NCBI GenBank assembly: GCA_964035545.1
Contig: OZ037766.1
Span: 29,452,640 to 29,516,639, forward strand
From: Bugula neritina
Taxonomy: Eukaryota > Animalia > Bryozoa
Direction of reading: 5' to 3'
Length of the DNA stretch: 64,000 bases
Within the stretch, counting starts at the first letter, position 1, and each line of letters opens with the position of its first letter. The notes under the pieces are model-generated. The model was given only the letters and a program-made list of their open reading frames with translations. It made no database searches and had not been told where the DNA came from. This document shows positions 1 through 10,381 of the stretch, one piece after another. Both the position numbers and the translations under genes were made by a program.

Positions 1-182
1 TCGATATATACCTTCATCCCTTCTAAATTATTTTATCATTTTACTTGTTTACATGTTTAAATAAAATAAATATTATGTAATTAGAGTATTAAGGCATACT
101 TTTAAAAGCATTAAATCTGAAATTCACCTGTTTAAATTACCTCTATCTTCAAACTAAGAACAAGGTTAAATTTATTTTCTAG

Positions 183-382
183 AAATGGGTCACATTGGAA
201 GAGAATCTGACATGTCAACTTTGGTGATGGACACACAAGATACAATTTCTAATATCGTCATGGCAACAGCAGCAACAACACAAAAGCCTATACATGAAAT
301 TGGGTTAGAGATGTCAAAAAGCATTGCTTTTAGCAACCAGAAATATCTATTCACGAGCATGCATTCCTGCCTGTTGGGCTAA
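183..382 (+). CDS. Possible terminal coding exon of a gene starting upstream of the window (product unknown)
   Basis: Acceptor ttttctAG at 181-182; only one frame is open, to TAA at 382 (...SMHSCLLG*). AATAAA at ~664. No recognisable homology. Confidence 0.3.
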
Positions 383-1773
383 AATCATGAATAGCCGGGA
401 TGAAATCAGCGAAGAACTTCTAACCACTACCTCTAAAGATATTATAATTGGTTTAATATTGTATTCAATGTCCTTATCTAAAAACCTACGAAACCTCAAC
501 GGAACTTTTGTACATTACAGCTGATGTATCTATATATAACTATAGTTTCTATACATGCCTTTATTACTTTATTATATAAATTATATCTTTCAAACATATA
601 AGCTGATTATATAATATTTTGAGTTGTGAACAGAGATATGTTTTTTATTCAAGTATCATTTTCAATAAAGTGTTACATAAAATTTAAAACTACAGCTGAA
701 TATCTTCCTACTTGTACCATAAGCAGTAAACATATAGAAATTCATTATATAGAGCTACCTTCAGTAGTGTGGATGATATCGCAGCACTAACTTAGCACGT
801 GATGGTTGGGACCACAGGTGCATGATATTACCTAACAGCTTGCGTAATCAATTTCTTATGTAACTAACTGAAAAGCTCTAGAAAACAATTATACACATTC
901 AAGGAGTCATTGACACGAGTTTGTTAATAAATAACAGAGAAACTTTTTTCTAACTGCTTCAAACCCGGTACTTCAACATAATTATAAATCAATTTTCCTG
1001 ACATCATAGAAGTTTGAGCAAAGCAACGGCTCCAATAGTCAAACACGTGAATCTAGAGGAATTTAGTTTACACAAGAAGTTTGAGATGAAGTAGATACTG
1101 GTACGCGTATAGCTCACTATGTCAGCTAAAAATTCAATTTTAATTCATTAAAATAAAAGCATATCCTACATAATACTGTAAGACATTAAAATTGTGAATG
1201 ACCCAACTATAAGAGTGGTTGAACAGAATGTGTTCTAAATTTTATGCTGTGAAACTTATTGGCTACCCAATCACTGGACCACCCAGTGTATGGTCACGTT
1301 GTACGTCCAACAAAAAGAGCCCAGGAATGATTGATGGTAGAATAATGTGACACATTTAGAACAGAAGGAAACGTTTCATTATTGTTATATTATCATTATT
1401 GTTCTATTATCGAAAAAGGCAAATACAACATCTTAAAGCACCAGTCATTCCAAACCCTATCAGTAATTATATCTAAAAATAACAGCCATATGGCAAATAT
1501 CCAATATAGTATGGTGAGGTATACAGTAGCATCTCGCAGTGAAAGGAAAAACTAAATCCAAAAAAATATTTGACAAAAATAATAGTTCTCAGCAACCAGC
1601 TAAAAGCAGGCAAAGAGAATAAACAACACGGAAGGTTTATACAAATATATAAAAAAATAACCCGTGATAAACAAAATATTGCATGTAAAGGAAATATGAC
1701 CATCACTATAAATTAAAATAAACAATCAATTTTATGTCTGACAATTGATGTAGCAGGATATAAGTAGAAGAGA

Positions 1774-4700
1774 TCAAATGGTGAATATTTTAGGTCTGTT
1801 CTGTAGCGCTGCAGGTAGAGATGTACAGAGAAGTGATCTATAGCGAGGGATCTCTTCAGTGTGTGGTACCTCCACTTGTAGGATGGGAATTTGCTGACCA
1901 GACAGTACCTACAATTGACTGTAAACTATCAAACGAGTGGAGATAAACCAGAATAACTACAGATGTATGATATTAGCCATGTTAGGGTGGCCAAATGGTA
2001 AAGGGAATGTCTTTGGAAAACAGCATATAAAATATAAACTTGAGAGTGCTGGGAAAGTCTAACATACTTCAGTTGACTGTACGGCCACAAGAAATGCATG
2101 CAAATTATAATTTCTCCGCCAAGTGCAAAACGTGTCTTTGTATAAATTAGCAACAAAAGTGACTGTTGAACCACTAAACAGATATAAAACTTAGAAACAA
2201 AAAATAGAGCCTGAAAACCTTTGTGCCTTTAATCTCCATATTATAGAAAGCTACTATACACTACAACACACAAGTAACAAAAGAGGCAATTGGAGCAAGT
2301 CACTCACCTCATAAGCCGCTTGCTCTGATTGGCTGAGCCCTTTCAATGACTCAGTTGTGGCTGACTGATTCAGATGCTGGATTTCAGAGTCAGATTTTCC
2401 TGAAACTGAGCGGGAGACTTGGAGAATGTCGACAGAAAGCTGGTGTGTTGACTTGCCCCGCTCCTGTGGATCTCTACCAGATGTCAGGAGCCTACAACAC
2501 AACAGGGACTCAACTTCATGAGGGGATAAAACTAACATCACGAGGAGGTAAAGCCACCAGCGCTAGCAAACACCATTGAGTCTATTGTTACTATGACATA
2601 ATCACAATGACAACCGAAAAAAAGCAAAAAACGAAAATTTAAATTTATTTTTTGCTTCTATGGGACAAAAATATCTATTTCAGTGTTGAAATGACAATCA
2701 CTGGGAGGAATTTAAAGTGACATAAGGGAGTTGGTTAACTAAACGACAAGTAGGGTCAGGTGCCCAGAGATGACAGTGCGAGGGTAGAGTACATCTAAAC
2801 GTGTAAAATGACTGACGAGCTAAAATGCAAATCATGTGTGAAATCTGTGCCAAAAACAGCTTATGTAACACTCGGCGAATCGGACTCCAATTGGCTTGCG
2901 TCGGCAAATATAATATGTAAGAAGGAAACGAATATAAATCAGTTTGGCGTTCAGACGTCAATAAGATAATCACGTGAAACGCAAGGTCAATGGCCGAGAT
3001 GAGGAACACATGTTAATGCACCCTGGGTTAGAGAACAAGTACATTATGTAGAAAGGGAGCTCAACGCCTGACATGACGTATGTATATACAGATGGTTCAC
3101 TAGCTCTGTATGCAAACCATGACAAACCTACGCCCACAGTTTGCTTTGTAAAACGTAATTAAACTTTTCAAGTGATCTAATTTTGACTGCACTTCAGAAT
3201 CAAGCAAAACCTCTACTGATGTTTGTTATCTTTAAAACCAACGAAATAAAATTCAACAGTTATTCTGTTGAGAATTGCCCAGAGTGTATATCTCTGTACA
3301 TACTTGCAGGCGGAGTAAAGGTTGTTGTTGATAGAATGGCGTTCATCCAGCATTTGCTGCAGGGCTGATGTAGCCTGAGTGTATTTGGTTGTGATACCCT
3401 CCAGTTTGCATGACAACTCTTCAGTTTGCAGTCTACAATATGAATAAGATCTATTATTGCAGGCGCTTCACAATACATTTTAAAATTCAAAAATGTTACA
3501 TGCTGACAATAATCAAATCAATGTTGCCCGCAAGTTATGCTTGGATGAATGTTTTTTTTAACAAAAATTATCTGTTAGCTAAGTATTTGAGTATACCTGC
3601 TAGCTAAGTACTTGCTGCGCCACATGTCAGCCTGTATTGAAATTCTATCGAGATCTTCAAAGTCCTTGTATAACTTCTCACTGTATGATCCAACAGTGGC
3701 TGAAAGCTGAGCCTTGTCTCTATAACATTGTGGTATACACAGAGTATATATATCTAGATGTAGAGTAATATAGTATACACAGAGTATATATCTAGATGTA
3801 GAGTAATATAGCATATAATATACACAGAGTATATATCTAGATGTAGAGTAATACAGTATACACAGAGTATATATCTAGATGTAGAGTAATATAGTATACA
3901 CAGAGTATACATCTAGATGTAGAGTAATATAGTATACACAGAGTATATATCTAGATGTAGAGCAATATAGTATACACAGAGTATATATCTAGATGTAGAG
4001 TAATATAGTATACATAGAGTATATATCTAGATGTAGAGTAATATAGTATACACAGAGTATATATCTAGATGTAGAGCAATATAGTATACACAGAGTATAT
4101 ATCTAGATGTAGAGTAATATAGTATACACAGAGTATATATCTAGATGTAGAGTAATACAGTATACGCAGAGTATATATCTAGATGTAGAGTAATATAGTA
4201 TACACAGAGTATATATCTAGATGTAGAGTAATATAGTATACACAGAGTATATATCTAGATGTAGAGTAATATAGCATATAATATACACAGAGTATATATC
4301 TAGATGTAGAGTAATACAGTATACACAGAGTATATATCTAGATGTAGAGTAATATAGTATACACAGAGTATACATCTAGATGTAGAGTAATACAGTATAT
4401 AATATACAGCATAGACTGGGCGCATATAAAAATCTGAATGTAAGAATGATGCAACGATTTCCTCCTTTTTTCTTAACCCTTTCATGCGCAACGTCCACAT
4501 ATGTGGACGCTGCCTTTGTTGCACCAAAACAGCTTAAAATTTTGATATTTCACAATTTTTAATAAGTTACTCAGCATTGTTAAAGGGTTTTTTATTCTAC
4601 TATAAAACAAATTTGTGTAGAAAGATCAAAGTCAATTAATTAAAAGCAAATTTCGAATTGCTGTTTCACTTGCAAGCCTTCCTTGTTTTCCCTTGTAGAC

Positions 4701-7626
4701 TATTTCTATAGTAAATGCATGGCGTTCACCTATGTGGATACCAATATTTTTTTTAACATCTACTGGGTGAAAATTGAAAAAAGTTGTAACTTTATGTTTA
4801 GAGACATGAAATCAATTATATTCAGCAAAAATATTTAGAAGTTTGCTGTTAAAAGATAATTCATGCATGAAAGGGTTAACTAGAACATTCCATTAAGAAT
4901 GACGGAAAACAATCATGATAAATGCATCAACATGTTGCATAATGTAGGATATAAACTGACACACCAAAAATATTGTATAAAATAACTGTTAGAATGCTGT
5001 TACTCTACGATGTACAGTAAATGGTAAACTATCTTGCAGCATCTTGTAGTCAAGTGCAAATGCATTATACAGGTGAGTGGACAAATGGCTATCTTGAGGT
5101 AATAAATCAACAATTAATAACACCCCAGCAACAACAAGCATCATTAGGCTTGTATCAACATACAATCATGTGTAAAATATGCTGAATAGCTGGCGTCTAG
5201 ACGGCAAATCAGACAGAAAAGATGATGTTTTGGTAAATTTATCCATCAACAGGTCAAACCTATACTAATACAACACCTACCATAACACCTACGCCAACAG
5301 TAACACCTACACATACAGTATTGTGAAATTCTTAGAAACTTATCGTCACTTACTGGGCAAGTTTCTCCACTCTGTATTCCAAATCACTGCCAACAGATGC
5401 TACTAATAGCTTTTTCAATTCTCCGTTTATCTTAAAAACATAATCAATAAAAGCAATGAAATTCACGTAACATGTTTAAACTCCACGTTTCTATGAAAAA
5501 ATTAAGATAAAACAAGAATAAACACATTACGAAAGAGCTGATTTGATTTTCACAAAACAATCTACAAGTACCACAGGCAGGTACAATATTCAGGAAGTGA
5601 ATGTTGAAGCATACGTGTTGTAGACTCATAACTTCCTGTGAGTAGCTGCGGACGAAGAAACGTGATAAACATTTGCTCATTTGCATTTTAGAGGGTATAA
5701 TTAGCTCTAGTCATGTGACTTTACTCTATAGAGCTTTAGCAAGTCAACATTTCTTGATGGTTATATTTCTTCCATTACAATGCTAATAAACAATGACCTC
5801 TTACTTTAAGCTGACTGTTGAGGTCTTTTTCCAGTTTAGAGATCAATTTTCGCTGAGCTAAAACCTCGTCATGCAGTCGCTGATCTGCGGCCTCAGATCC
5901 TAAGCTCTCGGCTCCGGAAGCACTGAGGACATCCTCTCTGTCCTCCCCATCTACTGGCTCCGTGGGGGAGATGATTGGACCAACAATGTTGATGGGGCGG
6001 GGCTTGGGGGCTGTATTGGGAGAAGAATCTGAAGTTAATAGAACACTAAAACTAGAGACGCAACTTTAAGGAAATTAATATTAATATATATATTAAAATA
6101 AGAAAAATTAAGAATAATTAAAATTAAGAAAATGGAGAAATAGTTTTGAAAGTTTGGCTATAGTTGGGGTAAGCTAAGCTGTGTGAACACATTGACAGTT
6201 AGAGCAATGTTTTATCTTGAAGATGTTTCACATTGTATGATTTTACTGAAGTTTTTATATTATTATTTTATACTTTATTATCTTGAGAAATCAGGCACAA
6301 TATTCGAATAGATGAATGGCGAATGTATACATACTAAACCAGCAACTCTTAGCTACAAATATTCCCCGTAAAGCATGAACTGAATTCAGCATTGATCAAG
6401 GTGTCCCACCCCAAGCTAACGTCCCGAGTTAAGGACACGGCAAGAAGTGGTTTCGAAAATGAAACAGATGTCATCTTGAAATCATGTCAAGAACCGACTG
6501 AGCGTGTGTGACTTGTCCGACAGCTGCGCTGTCATTTGCCAGATTCACTTAAACCAACCGTGAGAAAATATCTCTGTCTACGTAAATGAAATCTCACACG
6601 TAAAGAGGCCATCTGCCTCGTATTACAAAATCGTCTTTATAATAGCGATTATAAATCAAAATTCAAAACTTCAAAAAGCCGCAGCTGTCATGGAATATTT
6701 TACCCCCCACGTTGATTTGAACTCTAGTAGGTCAACGCCTTATCTGTCAATCTAAATATGGACATGCGGAGCCCACGCTTGGGCCGCAGCTGGCCCTGTC
6801 AGAATGTATAATTAGGGTGAAGGGGTGAATAGCTTTGAGGAATTTATACATACTTTTCCTGGCTCTGTGCCGATTCTTCCGAGATCGGTGTTTAGCGATT
6901 CTACTTTGTAGATTTTCAACCTCGGGGACGGACCCTAAGTTACTGGCCGAAGGAGATGTAACAATAGAGCAGTTATCACTCTCTACTTCAGTCTGAGGGT
7001 GACTCCCAGCATGGCCTGGCAATTGAGATTTTCCAAATGGACTGGACACGCAGGCCTAAAGAAGAAAGCTACCATATGAGTTAATTAAACCACGGCAGAT
7101 GAAAGCAAGCGATGTGTTATTACATCCCATTTCTTTACAAAAAAAGAATAATTTAAACCACATCTTGAAGTCTTTGGACTCTAAAATTTGCATTATAAGA
7201 AAGTTAGAAACCTAATCTGCATAGAAAAGCAATTGCAGTGCAAAAAAAGAGGAAAATGTCTACTGAGTGCATTATGTAACAAAATCTAGACATTATTATA
7301 TCTATTTTTAGATGGTTGTCTTGCTATTTCAAAAAACAAGGTGGGTAGAAGGAGTCTATTTCAAGTATTTTAAATAATAAAACACAAAAGAGAAAATACA
7401 AAATGCTTGATGAACTGAAACATGACCAAACTACAATGAGTACCTTGACTGGCTCCTTGGGAATGTACTTAGGCATGACCTGGCTCATGGGTATAGGGTG
7501 GCCACCCTGGTCTAGTAGAATACTCTCTCTCACTATCTGCATACTTCTCGAGAGAATTTGGTAACATTCTCCGGAAACAGATTTGTATTTATTAGAGTCA
7601 TTGACACTGCCTGGAGGTGATGCCAT
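1774..7626 (-). CDS. BLZF1: Golgin-45 (JEM-1/BLZF1) orthologue, ~418 aa, 8 coding exons
   Basis: Phase-consistent GT-AG exons (-): 7626-7444, 7055-6854, 6028-5805, 5430-5354, 3719-3597, 3432-3304, 2491-2308, 1908-1774. Motifs INGELKKLLVASVGSDLEYRVEKLA and LDRISIQADMWRSKYLASR match the Golgin-45 core (human VNRELKKLLVASVGDDLQ, LERMSIQCDVWRSKFLASR). The start ATG and last exon are less certain. Confidence 0.88.
3734..4409. repeat. 38-bp minisatellite, ~17 copies, in a BLZF1 intron
   Basis: Unit TATACACAGAGTATATATCTAGATGTAGAGTAATATAG (e.g. starts at 3971 and 4009). A variant block with a CATATAA insertion recurs at ~3812 and ~4275. Confidence 0.97.
4477..4875. mobile_element. Non-autonomous piggyBac-type MITE (399 bp)
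   Basis: TTAA target duplications at 4473-4476 and 4876-4879; 11-bp TIR CCCTTTCATGC/GCATGAAAGGG; no coding capacity. Confidence 0.88.
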
Positions 7627-10141
7627 TTTGTTCTCAGGCTACAGAGAAAACTTAATGTAAATGTTTCAACAGAAACTTTAGGAATGTTGTGATGCATATC
7701 AATAATTTTATTGCACATTATTATGTCATTGCAGTTTAAATTGGTATATGTTGCATATTATTGCATGCTATTGTATATTACTATATTATTGTATATTATC
7801 AGATGATAAAAAGTGATTAAGTGTGACAAATTGAAATACACTTGGGCTGAATTGCTAATTCAATTATAACATGCTTTCTTAAGTTGCATTATCTATTATA
7901 TTATTTGGCTTAACAAAATTTGAAAATAATATTAGCCAAGAACCAAACTCTTTTCAAATTAAAAAAAATACTAAAATAATTTTTACTGAATGAAAAAATA
8001 GTTGAAGTTGATGGTTACAAAAATAGATTTAAAATCGATTGATTTGTCTAATAACATGCAGGTCAACAACCTTATGAGCTCTATCACCGTTTTTCATGAT
8101 TATTAAGGAGTAGCTATTAATTATGCTAAGGCGCCTCTTTCCTTAATGCAAATATGAGTTTAATAAAAATAGCAAAGTCAAGCTAATATCAACAGTATAG
8201 TGTTTGAACAACTCATGGAAACCCAGGCAATTTAGGTGCTTGAGCTGTATTGAGTAGAACAAAATCTTATATATAACGTAATGCATAGCTAATATTGATA
8301 GGCATTAGATTGAAACACGTATGATTAGCACTTCAGCACTATAATATATAGGCTTATGACGAATTATAAGGGTTGCATGAAAAGGCGTCTATCACCAACA
8401 TTACCACTGTGGCAAGGATAACAATTAATACATTTAAAATAAGTCGCCATGTAAATTGGAACTAAAAGCTATAAATATGTGTTTATTTGTAAAGTTTGTT
8501 TTGATTATAATGCATGGTTATTGAGCTTTAAAAGATCAAACTGATCAGCAAGCTACAACTTACTTTACTATTACCATCAATCACTCAACTTGCATATTCA
8601 GAATTTTATTTTCAATATAAATATTATTTATAGTTACATTAATACTACACCCGTTATTTGACATAATTATCAAGCCTTCCAACTAAAGAAAATTGCACTC
8701 TGACAGTAAAACTTAAACAGTGCAAGTGTAATTTAAAATAACCAGTAAAACAAATTAAAATGAAGATTAAAATTACATGCTTTATTATGATCATATATTA
8801 TAAATAGTATTTATCAAGTCAAAAAATTTACCATTCTAAGTTTTCTTTATAATATGAGTCTGTATCTAATATAAGTAGAAAAAAAAATTGCTTAGAGCAG
8901 GTTAAGCGCACTGAACTCAAAATAATTAAGTGAATACAGATGTTTTATATGGTGCAAGTGAGTGTAGAATAGACTTTAAACTTAACAGAAAACTTATGGT
9001 TATGCCTAATCTCACAATAACTGCAAAGAGTAATCAGTAATTGCAAGACTGAGAGTAACTGCAAGAGTTTTCTTTGGTAAATATGATACTGATTTGATAT
9101 TAAAAAGCTTATAAGTTAACAACTGTAAGATTAGTATTTCAGTTATTTATATGTCACTAAACTAGAAGTCAACAAGAAAAATGAAAATTTCAAGATAATT
9201 CCCTAATACTAATAAGCCTAACAAATAGTTGGATTTTAACAACAACAAAAATCAAAAATCAGCTGCAGGGCGGGAGATGAATTTTTATCTTGAGTTCTGA
9301 TGTCAACCTAAACAACAAAACATTACTCATTACTGATTAAATTTACTGTTACAATAAGGAAAGCTAATATAGTTATAGTAACTTCAAATGATGAACTAAT
9401 TTTTATTCTAAAATAACATCTTAATAATTATTGTTGGTATCCTAGTTGGAAATTGAAGCTTTCCTGTTTCATATCAACAGAATCATCATCAAATTCAATT
9501 ATTGATTCAATTTCCTGTTGATAAAAAACTGACAGCACTTTGACTATAAGTATAAGTATAACTATAAGTTTTAGTTTAACACTCGCAGTAGAATATACTC
9601 TATAGCCCAGCCCCCATAGTCAAAGCTAGACTTGAATGCTATAATAATAATTATTATTATTGTTATACAGTATATATTATAGTTATTCATATTGAATGCA
9701 ATTAGTGAATTACATCATGATCATAATTTATTAATCATATTGATATTCATTGATTTGCATGAATTTTCATTTTGCTCGATCATGATGATAGCACTTTGAT
9801 TTTTTTTAGTCTTCAAGTTTATACTAACTTTATTACTTAAAAGTTAAAACCAAAAGTTGAAGTTAAAGTAATACTAATAGTAATAGTAATTGTAATTGTA
9901 AAACTTAAAAGTTTAACTTAAAGTTAAAGTTAAACTGCAAGTGCAACTGCAGGAGTAAATTTTATTTTTATGCTGTGACTGACTCATAGTCATTTGTCAA
10001 ATAAGTTACCAAATATTAGCATCTGTTCGTTTATTGTAATTTAAATTTATACTCATAATGACAAATATTAGTGATGAAAAATACTCAGCATGAGTATAAC
10101 TATAATACACTGGAACTCATAGTCATACTCAATGGCAATAC

Positions 10142-10381
10142 TGAAGAAGCCAACTCAGGTAAACACTTCCGCTTTTTGAGATTGAGTTTATAAAACGCAG
10201 TTAAAATTCTTTAGTTTGGTAATTGAAAATGTTACAATATTTACAGCAATATTTTTAATTTTCCTTAAATCGTTTTTAAAAATTATTTTTTTACAACAAT
10301 GATTTTTTTAAAGTTTTTCAAATCATTGTCAATAGTTTCTACAGAACTGCGCCATACCACCAAGCTTTAGATACAAACAAG
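10142..10381. promoter_or_regulatory. Probable short bidirectional promoter shared by BLZF1 (-) and CCHCR1 (+)
   Basis: Head-to-head genes; ETS-type ACTTCCG at ~10165; candidate non-coding first-exon donor on - at 10141; CCHCR1 ATG at 10382 in a CAAGATGG context. Confidence 0.5.

Noticed and set aside
3734-4409. Regular 38-bp array as a CRISPR-like locus
   Set aside because: Units are contiguous with no unique spacers and no cas genes; this is an intronic minisatellite in an animal gene.
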